Of a stretch of DNA of 64,000 bases, positions 53,075 through 62,954 are shown in pieces. The stretch covers positions 32,001 through 96,000 of the forward strand of contig CP066684.1 of the NCBI GenBank assembly GCA_016432325.1. The letters are read 5' to 3'. This DNA comes from Candidatus Aenigmatarchaeota archaeon (GTDB lineage: Archaea > Aenigmatarchaeota > Aenigmatarchaeia > PWEA01 > JACQIF01). Under the pieces are notes generated by a model. The model was not told the origin of the DNA, searched no databases, and saw only the letters and a program-made list of their open reading frames with translations. Within the stretch, counting starts at the first letter, position 1, and each line of letters starts with the position of its first letter. Made by a program: the position numbers and the translations under genes.

Positions 53075-53344
53075 ATGAACGATCGTGCCTTGAACGTCGA
53101 TGAGCGCGACACGCGCTTCTTCCATTTCAGGCCTTGGGCGCGCGTTTGCGAACGGATGCGCGGGCTCACCACGCACTACGTCGAGGACCACGGGTTTGAC
53201 GCGGTTCCCTGCGGCCAGACGCATCCCGCGCAGGCGGACCTGCGGATGTACGGTCTTGAATTGGGCCACTTCCCCGAGGCGGACTGGGATTTCAAGCCTG
53301 TCTGCTCGCAGGTTGGGTTGGAACATTTCGAAGAGAGCGCATGA
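53075..53344 (+). CDS. hypothetical His/Cys-containing protein
   Basis: 89 aa ATG ORF with upstream TATA-like box. Confidence 0.5.
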   Translation: MNDRALNVDERDTRFFHFRPWARVCERMRGLTTHYVEDHGFDAVPCGQTHPAQADLRMYGLELGHFPEADWDFKPVCSQVGLEHFEESA

Positions 53345-53378
53345 AGAATCGGCCACAGTTTCGTTTCAAGCTGCTCCT

Positions 53379-54254
53379 CTAGGCGAATTTTGTCGCGTCT
53401 ATCCAGTCGGCCTGCAGGCGCAACGGTTCGATTCTGTCGTGGAGCGATTCGGGCAGTAGCTCCTTGAGGCGTGCCGTCCCGCGTTCTATCGATTCAGTCG
53501 TCGTTTCCTTCCCCCTCCTCGGCGCGAAGCGCATGGAGACTATTCCACGCATCGTTTGTTCAAGGAACTCCCCGTCGACCACGCGAACGTAGTCCGCGCC
53601 CCAGTCGCAGTAGTCCGACCTTAGAACGGAGAAGCCGACGATGAAATCGTTCCGCACGACGTCTGGATCAAACAGGCCGTCCGGGAGGATGCACTCTTTG
53701 GCGAAGCTCTCGAAATCCTCGTACCTTCCTGCCTTCAACTCTTCCTCGCCGGCTCTGCCTTTCTTTATGAGCCCTTGATTCTCGCCGTCGAGGCCGGGTC
53801 CGTAATGGGGACGCGGGATCGTTATGTCGGAGAGGAGTATTGGGTTGCGGATGAACGGTGTGTGCGCTGTTTGGACGATGAGGTAGTTGTTGTGGTCCAT
53901 CATTCCAAGAACTTCGCGTAGCGCGGCTTCTCTTTGCTCCCTCGTGAGATACGGATAGACGGCTCCAACAGCATTGTATATGGGCGCGGTGATGGATTCA
54001 TGCGGCCCGCCTGCCATAGCCATGACGTAGCTGGCACCCAATCCATCTGGTCCGTCATAAGCGTCACGGATCGCTTTGCCCATAGAGGGCCTTATCAATT
54101 TTATGCCTTCTTCCGGATTCCTTTTCATCTCTTCGAGGAGGTGTTTGCCGTAGGCATTGCCCGCATTGTCGTAGTTCTTTAGCGCCCTGTCCAGCCCCTT
54201 CATCATTTTGTCGACATCGTCGCAACTCTCGCCTTCCGGTTCCCCCATGCGCAT
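53379..54254 (-). CDS. hypothetical protein
   Basis: 291 aa ORF with upstream TTATATA box; no motif recognised. Confidence 0.7.
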   Translation of the reverse strand: MRMGEPEGESCDDVDKMMKGLDRALKNYDNAGNAYGKHLLEEMKRNPEEGIKLIRPSMGKAIRDAYDGPDGLGASYVMAMAGGPHESITAPIYNAVGAVYPYLTREQREAALREVLGMMDHNNYLIVQTAHTPFIRNPILLSDITIPRPHYGPGLDGENQGLIKKGRAGEEELKAGRYEDFESFAKECILPDGLFDPDVVRNDFIVGFSVLRSDYCDWGADYVRVVDGEFLEQTMRGIVSMRFAPRRGKETTTESIERGTARLKELLPESLHDRIEPLRLQADWIDATKFA

Positions 54255-54302
54255 TCTTGGAAGCGAAAAGATTTATATAAGTTATCGCGCCTTAAGGAAA
54301 CC

Positions 54303-54476
54303 ATGAACGAACTCGTCAGAAACGACCCTCTCCTCTCAAGGCTCCGCCGCGAGTCCGCGGAAGCGCTGGGTGTCGCGCCTGAAGAGATAGACAACATGTG
54401 CCTCTCGGACCTCGAACGCCGGCTGGGTCTTAACAGATACGAACCGGCTTGCGCGTACGCGACCAACGGCCACTAG
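54303..54476 (+). CDS. hypothetical 57-aa protein (not in ORF track)
   Basis: MNELVRNDPLLSRLRRESAEALGVAPEEIDNMCLSDLERRLGL..; TTTATATA about 25 nt upstream. Confidence 0.55.
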   Translation: MNELVRNDPLLSRLRRESAEALGVAPEEIDNMCLSDLERRLGLNRYEPACAYATNGH

Positions 54477-54524
54477 AGCCTCCAAAGTTATATCCGTCTT
54501 TCTTCCAATTAACCGGGGGCAGTC

Positions 54525-55709
54525 ATGCGAATAGCTTTCATATCAGACACGCACTTCGGCTTCGGCCGCTCGACAGAGCGAAGCGAAGACGCTTGGGATA
54601 CATTCGAGGAGGCTGTCGCGCGCATCGAAGAGCTGGAGTGCGATTTGATAGTGCACGCCGGCGACATGTTCGACACCAAGCTGCCTAGACCAGAAGAGTG
54701 GTCACGCGCTCTGCGGACATTGGCGAGACTGAAGACGCCGCTTGCAGTCATCCACGGCAACCACGAGCGCCGCGGCAAGGGGCTGACCAATCCTGTCGAA
54801 GGCCTCGCGCAAGGCGGACACTTCGACTACATCAACGCGAACCACAAGCTCTATGAGTTCGGAGGAGCGCGCGTCGCCGTTCACGGCATAGGATGGGTTC
54901 CGGAGGCGTACGCCCGTGACGTTCTCCAGCATTGGAATCCCAAGCCCGTTGAAGGCGCATTCAATATTCTGGTGATGCACCAGTCGATACATCCGTTCAT
55001 CTTCAATCCGATAGAGCCTCCTTCGATACGCTTGGAAGACCTGCCCGCAGGCTTCGACCTGTACGTGGACGGTCACATACACGAGCATCAGGTCACGACA
55101 GCGCACGGCAAGCCTTTCATGATTGTCGGTTCGACGGTGACGACGCAGGTGAACAAGGCCGAAGCGAGCGGGGGCAAGAGCTTTGTAGTCGTGGAAGTCG
55201 ACGGCGCGAAGACCAACATACAGACCGTTCCTCTCCTGTCCGCGCGGCGGGTTTTTTACAAGGAGATAGAGATAAACGACCGCCCGCCCCAGGAGACTAA
55301 GAAGCTCGTGGAGGCTTATGTGGAAGACGTTCTGAAACAACGCTTCGACAGGAAACCCCTTATCCGCGTTCGTGTTAAAGGAAGACTTCCGAAAGGCGTC
55401 TCGTTCTCCGATACGAATCTCAAGGACCTGCGCGACGCGTATGCGGAGAAATGCATTTTGAGCATCGGCTCACGGCTTTCGGAGGAATCATTTGGGCGCC
55501 ACGTACTTCAGGAGATACGCGAACAGCGCCTTTCGCTCGACGAGCTGGGCTTCAAGCTCCTGCGCGAGTTCCTGAAACAGCAGAAGTCGGGCTTCCGTTT
55601 CGAGGATGTCTTCGAGCATCTGGTGGAAGGCGACGCAGAGGCGACTCTTGTGACGTTGCTGGCGGAAAAGAGAGAACAGATGGAAAGACCGATGGGCGTT
55701 CCTGCATGA
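54525..55709 (+). CDS. mre11: DNA double-strand break repair nuclease Mre11
   Basis: SDTHFG, AGDMFD, GNHE, MHQ, GHIH; adjacent to rad50. Confidence 0.93.
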   Translation: MRIAFISDTHFGFGRSTERSEDAWDTFEEAVARIEELECDLIVHAGDMFDTKLPRPEEWSRALRTLARLKTPLAVIHGNHERRGKGLTNPVEGLAQGGHFDYINANHKLYEFGGARVAVHGIGWVPEAYARDVLQHWNPKPVEGAFNILVMHQSIHPFIFNPIEPPSIRLEDLPAGFDLYVDGHIHEHQVTTAHGKPFMIVGSTVTTQVNKAEASGGKSFVVVEVDGAKTNIQTVPLLSARRVFYKEIEINDRPPQETKKLVEAYVEDVLKQRFDRKPLIRVRVKGRLPKGVSFSDTNLKDLRDAYAEKCILSIGSRLSEESFGRHVLQEIREQRLSLDELGFKLLREFLKQQKSGFRFEDVFEHLVEGDAEATLVTLLAEKREQMERPMGVPA

Positions 55710-55737
55710 GTTCCCTGATCAACATGGTGGTTTGGCA

Positions 55738-57744
55738 ATGATTACGAAGCTTACGTTGAAAGGATGGCGCTCTCACTGGGACTCGACGCTCGAATTTTCG
55801 GAAGGCACGAACGCCCTGATAGGCGTGATGGGTTCCGGCAAGTCGAGCGTTCTGGACGCGATATCGTTCGCGCTGTTCGGCACGTTTCCGGCGTTGAGCG
55901 CGCGGCGGCTCGTGCTGGAGGACGTGATAATGAAGCGTCCGCAGAAGAGAGCCGAGGCCGAGGTGAGACTCGAATTCGAATGGAACGGCGTTGCGTACGA
56001 GATAATGCGCAGGATAGACCGCGACGGCAGGCGCGTCGCAGAGATACGCAAGGAAGGCCGCCTGCTCGATTCTGGAGTTACAAAAGTTACGGATGTCGTC
56101 GAGCGCGTGCTGCACACGAACTACGACCTTTTCTCGCGGGCCGTCTACGCGGAACAGAACGGCCTGGACTACTTCCTCACGTTGCAAAAGGGCCAGAGGA
56201 TGAAGCGCATCGATGCGCTGCTTCGCATAGACCGCTTCGAAGCCGCGCGTTCCACGTGTACGACAGTGCTCAATCGCATACGCGACAGCGTCCGGGACAA
56301 GAGCGCGTTTGTTAGAGAGATGGAGAGCGGCGACGGGATGAGGCGTGTCGATGGGATAGAGAGCGAAATGCGCGAGCTTGATGGGAAGCGCAGGAACCTG
56401 AAGCTGAAGGAGATGGAAATAGCGACAGCAACGAACAAGATGGAAGAGGAGATCCAGAACGTGCGCAAGAAGGAAGTTGAGATACGCTCTCTTGATGTCG
56501 AGAAGAGCAGGCTGCTCGGTTCGATAAGGATTCTTGAAACAGACGCCGTTGACGTGCGCGCGGACGTTCTGGCAGAGAAAAAGAAACTTCTCGCAGAAGG
56601 GATGCCGCATATTCAAAAACAAAAGGAGACCAGGGACAGGAAACTGCGCGACCTGACAAATATGAGACAGCGATTCGAGATGGCTATAGAAGAGGCCGCG
56701 CGGCGCATCGAAGCGCTCAAATCGGCAGGCGCAGTATGCCCTACATGCGAGCAGCCCATAGACGAGGCTCACAGGAGTGCGCACGTCGTTGAGAAGGAGG
56801 CCCACATAAAGGAGCTTCGGGGCAATATCGAGCACGCTCTGAAGCATCAGGCGGATGCGGAGAAGGAACTGGCCGAGTCGTCTGAACTGATGGAATCGTG
56901 CAGGGAAGAGCTCCATGAACTGGACAAGAGAATTGCGCTCTGCGAGCAGGCCGCGACAAAAAGGAAACTTCTTGAAGAGAATACGCGAAAGCTTTCCGTT
57001 CTTGAGGTTCGAATGGCAGAGATGCGCGCCGCCATGGACGGGGTGTCCACGGACGGCTTGCAGGACAGGCTGCGCGTGTCGTCTTCGGCGCTGGCGTCCT
57101 TGCGCACAGAGCTGCGGGGCGTTGAGAACGTTCTGATAGACAGAACGAACGAGCTGGCGCGCCTGCGCGAGCGCCAAGCGCTCTTTGACAAGCACCGCGA
57201 ACAGATACAGAAGATGGAAAGCCTGGCAGATGACCTGAGGAAGTTTCAGTCCGCTCTCGAAGAGACGCAGACCGCGCTCCGCCGCGAGTTCGTGGTCGCT
57301 GTGAACGCGACGATGTCGCAGTTATGGGAAACGCTCTATCCGTACGAAGATTACATCGACGTTCGTCTGGGCGTCAGCGATGACTACACGCTCGAATTGA
57401 AAGAGAACGCGGGAGACTGGGTTCCTGTCGAAGGAGTCGCTTCAGGCGGTGAGCGCACGACGGCTCTGCTCGCGCTGCGCATGGCATTCGCGCTCGTACT
57501 CGCCCCCAACCTGCGGTGGCTCGTGCTGGACGAGCCGACGCACAATCTCGATGCGAACGCGGTGGAACAGCTCGCCGAAGTGCTGCGCGACCGCATCGGC
57601 GAGTACGTCGACCAGGTCTTTTTGATAACGCACGACGAAAAGCTCGAAGACGCGGTCACCGGATATTTGTACCGTCTCGAAAGGGAGCGCGAGAAGAACG
57701 AGCCCACGCGCGTCGTGCGCGTGATGAACCCAACAACCGTTTAA
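55738..57744 (+). CDS. rad50: DNA double-strand break repair ATPase Rad50
   Basis: GVMGSGKSS, coiled coil with CPTC hook, ASGGE, LDEPT, ITH. Confidence 0.95.
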   Translation: MITKLTLKGWRSHWDSTLEFSEGTNALIGVMGSGKSSVLDAISFALFGTFPALSARRLVLEDVIMKRPQKRAEAEVRLEFEWNGVAYEIMRRIDRDGRRVAEIRKEGRLLDSGVTKVTDVVERVLHTNYDLFSRAVYAEQNGLDYFLTLQKGQRMKRIDALLRIDRFEAARSTCTTVLNRIRDSVRDKSAFVREMESGDGMRRVDGIESEMRELDGKRRNLKLKEMEIATATNKMEEEIQNVRKKEVEIRSLDVEKSRLLGSIRILETDAVDVRADVLAEKKKLLAEGMPHIQKQKETRDRKLRDLTNMRQRFEMAIEEAARRIEALKSAGAVCPTCEQPIDEAHRSAHVVEKEAHIKELRGNIEHALKHQADAEKELAESSELMESCREELHELDKRIALCEQAATKRKLLEENTRKLSVLEVRMAEMRAAMDGVSTDGLQDRLRVSSSALASLRTELRGVENVLIDRTNELARLRERQALFDKHREQIQKMESLADDLRKFQSALEETQTALRREFVVAVNATMSQLWETLYPYEDYIDVRLGVSDDYTLELKENAGDWVPVEGVASGGERTTALLALRMAFALVLAPNLRWLVLDEPTHNLDANAVEQLAEVLRDRIGEYVDQVFLITHDEKLEDAVTGYLYRLEREREKNEPTRVVRVMNPTTV

Positions 57745-58382
57745 GCGAATTCTTTGCCGTCGTTGAAGCGGCGATCGTAGTCTCCAAGCCACTCCTCGAC
57801 ATGGTCTTTCATGGCAGCTTTGTGGTCGTCGAGCCTCTTCCTGTAAACATTGATACCCGCAGGAAGCTTGCCCTTCCTTTCAGGAGGTAGCTTGTTGACA
57901 GTGTGACGGAATGCTCCCAGGCTCTGCGACTGAAACGCATGGAAACGATCTACTTTCTCGTCGACCCTATGCAGTTCTGTCATGTCGAATTCGTCGTTTC
58001 GAAGTATTCTCGTTGTTTCACGTTCGTATGCGTTGAGGTTGGAAATCATGCTTTTCACGGAGGATACCATGTCGCTGGCACGGGACACGTAGAGGCGTCT
58101 GCATAAATCGGCGTAGTCGAGAAAACACATTGGCTCGTCCAAGTCGCCTTCCTTCTTCCTCTTCAGACCCAAGTCCTGAAGGGTCTCACCATATGTGAGC
58201 TCGCCGCGCATCCAGGCGCCCAATATGGCACGCCACTCCTCCTTGGTGTTCAGCATGAGTCTCATGAGCTGGGAGTCGGCGGCGACTGTATTCACCATCG
58301 AGTTTTTGAGCACTTGTTTCCTGTCTTGAAGAGTTTCGGCTGTAACGAACATGGAATCGCCTTGCCAGACAAGGTTATGCAT
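57741..58382 (-). CDS. hypothetical helical protein
   Basis: 213 aa ORF, start uncertain. Confidence 0.6.
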   Translation of the reverse strand: MHNLVWQGDSMFVTAETLQDRKQVLKNSMVNTVAADSQLMRLMLNTKEEWRAILGAWMRGELTYGETLQDLGLKRKKEGDLDEPMCFLDYADLCRRLYVSRASDMVSSVKSMISNLNAYERETTRILRNDEFDMTELHRVDEKVDRFHAFQSQSLGAFRHTVNKLPPERKGKLPAGINVYRKRLDDHKAAMKDHVEEWLGDYDRRFNDGKEFA

Positions 58383-58405
58383 AGAAAGCTTTATATGTCG
58401 CTTAG

Positions 58406-58960
58406 TTAACGCTGCACGCCTGCCCCGAACTCAATTCTCTTGTTTGTCCAGAGTTCCCATTCTTTCTGAGCCGCGACATCTTCCTCGGTCTGCGGCTTGC
58501 CGACGAACCTGCCGCCTTCCAAGAGGACGCTGCGCGGCACAGGAGGCGCCCTGTCTCTCGCGGGGTTAAAAAAGCCTGTCCTTTCGTGGTAGCTTCCCAC
58601 GGCATCTGTGTTAAGAAGAACGCTAGCGTAAACCGGTAACATCACGCGCCTTTCTCTGACGCGTTCCAGACTATCCATTACAGGAATCGTTACAGTACCG
58701 TCTTTTATCGTGACTTTTCCGTAGTTCACTCTGCTTGGATCTATCTTGAGAACATCTCTGGCATAGTCTGCGATGAAGGCGCGGCCACCGTCACCAAGTA
58801 CGTCGCCTGGCGTCTCTGTAATTGCCCGCACAACCCTGCCGTTGCGGCTTCTAGGTTCGCTGAACTCATCGTGTTCCATTGAAAAATCGTAATGTTCCAT
58901 CCAGATACCCACAACATGTTTCGGGTCGTGTCCCCGATATGCCGACTGTAGCGCACGCAT
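58406..58960 (-). CDS. hypothetical protein
   Basis: 184 aa ORF, start uncertain. Confidence 0.55.
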   Translation of the reverse strand: MRALQSAYRGHDPKHVVGIWMEHYDFSMEHDEFSEPRSRNGRVVRAITETPGDVLGDGGRAFIADYARDVLKIDPSRVNYGKVTIKDGTVTIPVMDSLERVRERRVMLPVYASVLLNTDAVGSYHERTGFFNPARDRAPPVPRSVLLEGGRFVGKPQTEEDVAAQKEWELWTNKRIEFGAGVQR

Positions 58961-58998
58961 ATTTATAGTACACGCGTGCGAGTCGATTAAACAAACGT

Positions 58999-60534
58999 TT
59001 ACTGTTCGCCGTCGTCCATCAGCGCCGCCGCGTCGCTCTTCCTCTGCGCGCTGCCCTTGGCGTATGCGACGGCCGCCTCTTCAAGAGGCACGCCGCGCTC
59101 GCTTTTCTTGGAGCGGCGCTCGCGCACGCGCACGAATATCGGATAGTTCACGGCCTCTCCCACGATGAGCGCTTCGCCGACGCGCAGGCTCGATATGATG
59201 TCGAGCACGTCGCGCGTCAGTCCTTCGGACGACTTTCCGATGTGGTCGAGGTCGTAGGGATTCGTGACGCGCAGAATTATGTGCGTGTTGCATTGGCTGA
59301 GCGCCGTTGTAGAAAGCTGTATCGGCCTCTGCGAAATCAGGCAGAGCGAGGCGTGGAACTTGCGACCCTCGCGCGCTATCTTCTCTATGACGTTGCGGCT
59401 CAGCGCTCCTTCCTTCGAGACGCCTTCGGGCGCGAAGTTGTGGGCCTCCTCCACGAACAGGACGAACGGCGGCACTCGCCCGTCCATCCGCGCCTGGAAA
59501 AGCTTGCGGCCGAGATACGCCACGAGCATCTGTCTCTTTTGCAGAGATGTCGTGTCAGATACGTCAATGACTGTTAGGTGGCCCGGCTTCGCAAGAACGT
59601 CCATGGACGGGTTGTCGGCCACGCCGAAGAATCCGGTGTTGCGCAGCTTGTAGAGGTTCGCCATCAGAACGTCTTTTGTGTTCGATTTTATGCGCTCGTC
59701 CGCGGCAATCTTGTTCGCAACTTCCGTGAGACCGAAGACCTTCCCCTTGAACTCCTCGCGCATCTCGTCTATGACGCGCTCGAGCTCTCTTTTCTGCACG
59801 GACGTCATTTCAGGAATCAGTTCTTCTATGAGATGCACGGACAGATCAGGCACTCCAATCTTGAAGTCGCGGCCCGAAACCACGGTCGTCTTGTTCCTGT
59901 ATTTTTCGTCTTCTGCGAAACCCATGTATTCGCCGTGCGTGTCTATCATCACTGCGGCGATTTGGCCGTCTTCCGGTTTGCGTTCCAGCAGCTCCTCGAT
60001 GAGAACGGATGTAAGGTAAGACTTGCCTCCGCCTGAGATGCTGAGTATCGCCAGATGCTTCTGGAAAAGCTTGGTGAGGTTCAGGCGAGCGTCAACGTCG
60101 TGATTGCCCAAGTTGCCCATGTGCAATCCTTTCTTGGCGTCGAGTCCTATGAAAGAGGCGAGCATCTTGTCGTCTGCCACGTGCACGGGCGTGCCCGGAG
60201 ACGGGGGGAAGGCCGGCCTTTGAAGCACGGACGAGAACACGGCGAGAGGCTTGGCTTCTCCTATCAGGAACTCCCAGCGGCTCACGGGGAAGAGATCGGA
60301 CATCTTCTTGCCGGAGCGCTCGTATTCGCGCACGGACTCGGCTCGCTGATAGTAGCGGTTCGACTTCACGATGTCAGATACGCGCGCGATGAGAACTCCT
60401 TCGTGGCTCTCCACCGTGACGAACTGGCCGCGCCTTACGGGGTTCGCCTCGTCTATTACGAAAGAGAAACCGGTGACGCTCGGCCCTTCGTCTGTCGAGA
60501 TTACCGTTCCTATCTGGTTTGCCAGAATGCACAC
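58999..60534 (-). CDS. herA: HerA helicase/translocase (HAS barrel plus ATPase)
   Basis: HLAILSISGGGKS, IDTHGEY, EEAHNFAP, IAREGRKF, SQRP. Confidence 0.93.
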   Translation of the reverse strand: MCILANQIGTVISTDEGPSVTGFSFVIDEANPVRRGQFVTVESHEGVLIARVSDIVKSNRYYQRAESVREYERSGKKMSDLFPVSRWEFLIGEAKPLAVFSSVLQRPAFPPSPGTPVHVADDKMLASFIGLDAKKGLHMGNLGNHDVDARLNLTKLFQKHLAILSISGGGKSYLTSVLIEELLERKPEDGQIAAVMIDTHGEYMGFAEDEKYRNKTTVVSGRDFKIGVPDLSVHLIEELIPEMTSVQKRELERVIDEMREEFKGKVFGLTEVANKIAADERIKSNTKDVLMANLYKLRNTGFFGVADNPSMDVLAKPGHLTVIDVSDTTSLQKRQMLVAYLGRKLFQARMDGRVPPFVLFVEEAHNFAPEGVSKEGALSRNVIEKIAREGRKFHASLCLISQRPIQLSTTALSQCNTHIILRVTNPYDLDHIGKSSEGLTRDVLDIISSLRVGEALIVGEAVNYPIFVRVRERRSKKSERGVPLEEAAVAYAKGSAQRKSDAAALMDDGEQ

Positions 60535-60572
60535 CCGTCCCTTATTTAATCGTTATGGATATAAACGGCTCC

Positions 60573-61385
60573 ATGGAAGGAGTCCGCTTTGTCACGAACG
60601 AGGCAGCGATGCTCGTAGATGACGCGCTCGTGATAGGCGAGCTGCATATAGGATACGAGACCGAGCTTTACCGCAACGGCGTCTTCCTGCGTTCGAACAC
60701 CGGAGCGATGCTCAAAAGAATCCAGAAACTGATACGCGAGACGAAGGCCAGGAAGCTGTTTATCATCGGCGATTTGAAGCACAACGTTACGAACATAACG
60801 TGGCAGGAGCGCCGCGAGGTTCCGAAGTTTCTGGAGGAGCTTTCCAAGAGCGTGGAGGTGCATGTCGTTCCGGGAAACCATGACGGTCTTATAAAGGAGC
60901 TGGTTCCGAAGGGCGTGCGTTTGCACAACCAATCAGGTTACAAATACAAAGACGCGTACTTGACACACGGCCACGCGTGGCCTTCCGCGTCCGTGTGCTC
61001 GGCCTCCATGCTCATAATGGCCCACCTGCATCCTGCGGTGGAGTTCCGCGACAAGCTCGGTTTTCGCTCGGTCGAATACTGCTGGCTGCGCGGCGATGCG
61101 AACGCGGACGCTCTGCACAAGAAGTACAGGAAACAAAGAGACAAAATCAAGACCAAGAGCGTCATCGTCGTACCGCCTTTCAATAACCTGACAGGAGGAA
61201 TGCCTGTCAACCGGCCGCTCGCAGAGAATTTGGAATCTCGCGGTTCCAAACTTCGGAACCGCGGTTCCGAAAAGGAGATATCGCCGATAACGCGCAATCA
61301 CGTCGTACGCGTACGCGAATGCGACGTGTTCCTTCTGGACGGCACGCATCTGGGGAAGGCCGGGGAGATTAAAGCTAAGGCTTGA
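60573..61385 (+). CDS. calcineurin-like metallophosphoesterase
   Basis: GELHIGYE, GDLKH, GNHD, THGH, AHLHP. Confidence 0.88.
   Translation: MEGVRFVTNEAAMLVDDALVIGELHIGYETELYRNGVFLRSNTGAMLKRIQKLIRETKARKLFIIGDLKHNVTNITWQERREVPKFLEELSKSVEVHVVPGNHDGLIKELVPKGVRLHNQSGYKYKDAYLTHGHAWPSASVCSASMLIMAHLHPAVEFRDKLGFRSVEYCWLRGDANADALHKKYRKQRDKIKTKSVIVVPPFNNLTGGMPVNRPLAENLESRGSKLRNRGSEKEISPITRNHVVRVRECDVFLLDGTHLGKAGEIKAKA
61229..61271. repeat. in-frame double-hairpin insert in phosphoesterase
   Basis: TTTGGAATC-tcgc-GGTTCCAAA followed by perfect palindrome TTCGGAACCGCGGTTCCGAA. Confidence 0.75.
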
Positions 61386-62082
61386 TCCTCTCCGCCTTCT
61401 CGTAGTACGCAAGGAAGAGCTGCTTCATCAGCTTGGCGAAGGCTTTGTCCCGTATTTGGACATGGACCTCGGTCTTGATGAGCGCTATCAGGACGCGCTC
61501 GTCGTCCTGCACGCTCAAAGCAACGCCTTCATTGTGTATGGGTCGTATGTTCTTGTGTATCTTCAGCCATTTGCGTACGTTCTCTTTCGTCTCTGCGTCG
61601 TATCTCGCAAGCACCTTCAGGTCGATTCCACGCTTGACGCCGCTCGTCGTATCGCGCGTCCATTCCGGCTTGAATTCTGAGGAGTATTTGATGGAATAGC
61701 TGTACTGCTTACTCTCTGGAGCCTCTCTTATCAACCTGTTGAAGTTCGCCTTCTCCTTGGTCACGAACACGGCTTCTGTCGGCCGCGTCTCGTGTGCGGC
61801 CTTGAGTTTCTCGACTTCCTTGCCCAGCTCAAGCAGTTCCGTGACGCGCTTCTCTATGAGGTCCTGTATGGCTGTCGGAGACTCGGGCGTGTACGTCTTG
61901 GGCTTCTCCGGCGTCACCTTGACGAGGCCCTTCAGGACGAGGCTTTCCAGAACGTCGTATATTCTGCCGTATGGCACGCCGGACGCAGCCGAGACCTGCG
62001 CGGCCGTTCCCTTGCCTACGCGCAGGAGCGTCTCGTATGCGTTGCTCTCGAACTTGTTGAGGCCCAGCGCTTTCAGATCCAT
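61375..62082 (-). CDS. TrmB-family transcriptional regulator
   Basis: LGLNKFESNAYETLL..SGVPYGRIYDVLESL..KGLV..PKTY. Confidence 0.9.
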   Translation of the reverse strand: MDLKALGLNKFESNAYETLLRVGKGTAAQVSAASGVPYGRIYDVLESLVLKGLVKVTPEKPKTYTPESPTAIQDLIEKRVTELLELGKEVEKLKAAHETRPTEAVFVTKEKANFNRLIREAPESKQYSYSIKYSSEFKPEWTRDTTSGVKRGIDLKVLARYDAETKENVRKWLKIHKNIRPIHNEGVALSVQDDERVLIALIKTEVHVQIRDKAFAKLMKQLFLAYYEKAERIKP

Positions 62083-62170
62083 GCAACCACTAAGGTTGTA
62101 TTTGCGGCTTGCCTGTATTAAAAGGACCATAGCGCTGCGTCGTTCCCTCTGTGCAACCACGCCGGTTGTG
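62082..62170. promoter_or_regulatory. two palindromic operator-like sites TGCAACC-N5-GGTTGT
   Basis: 62082-62100 and 62152-62170, in the divergent region at the TrmB start. Confidence 0.65.
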
Positions 62171-62228
62171 GCAGACCTTTATCTCCTTCTTCGGCCATTG
62201 TGTCATTACCATTTGGGGATGATGGTAA

Positions 62229-62921
62229 ATGCAAACGAATGATGCGCCTCCGAACGTTCGCGTGATAGGACTCTTCAGGCAGGCCATCAAGGAACGCCCT
62301 GACCTCATCGGAGAGTACAAAGCCATAGCTCTTTTCGGTTCCGTTCTGCACAAACCGGACTTCAACGACGTGGACCTCGTGACTTGCGGCAACATAGAAA
62401 ACAACGAGGAATTTCTCATTTATCTAAAACAGTTCCTTGAGAAGGAGGGGTTCGAGGTAGACATTTTCGTCCATGTGGCGCAGGAGCCCAAGAAGCAGCA
62501 CCCCAAACACATAATCATACAGAACGTGAGCCTTCTCCCAACGAAGGATGCCATTATGCAAGATCTATGGCGCAACTGGCCGGACCTCATCAATGAAATT
62601 GTAGAGAACTCGCTGCTTCTGCATGGCTCATGGGACGGCGTTCCGCATTTCGAGGTACGCGAGGTAGACTTCTATAGAGGCTGGTTGGGGCAATGCGGCC
62701 ATATAGACAGAAAGGAAGGCGCAGGCGTTTGCGCCCACTATATCGAAAAGATGCTGTCCAAACTCGCCGAGAGGCATCCGCGGATGAGCGGTGCGCAGGA
62801 GACTGGGAGGAGGCTGCTCGGCGTCTTTGCCAAAGACGACTGGGTCGCCGCGAGGGAAGAGGCGACGATACTACTCGTGCAGAAGATATTGGAAGTCAGA
62901 GGCGAGTCGTCGGCTATATAA
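62229..62921 (+). CDS. Pol-beta-like nucleotidyltransferase domain protein
   Basis: LFGSV..NDVDLV..EVDI motif plus helical C-terminus. Confidence 0.7.
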   Translation: MQTNDAPPNVRVIGLFRQAIKERPDLIGEYKAIALFGSVLHKPDFNDVDLVTCGNIENNEEFLIYLKQFLEKEGFEVDIFVHVAQEPKKQHPKHIIIQNVSLLPTKDAIMQDLWRNWPDLINEIVENSLLLHGSWDGVPHFEVREVDFYRGWLGQCGHIDRKEGAGVCAHYIEKMLSKLAERHPRMSGAQETGRRLLGVFAKDDWVAAREEATILLVQKILEVRGESSAI

Positions 62922-62954
62922 CAGATTTAAGAATGTCTCCCCTCAACTTCCCGC

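Noticed and set aside
55552-57195. Long antisense ORFs (also 13047-14333, 41590-42852, 34883-35845)
   Set aside because: Shadows of well-supported genes on the opposite strand in GC-rich DNA; no motifs.
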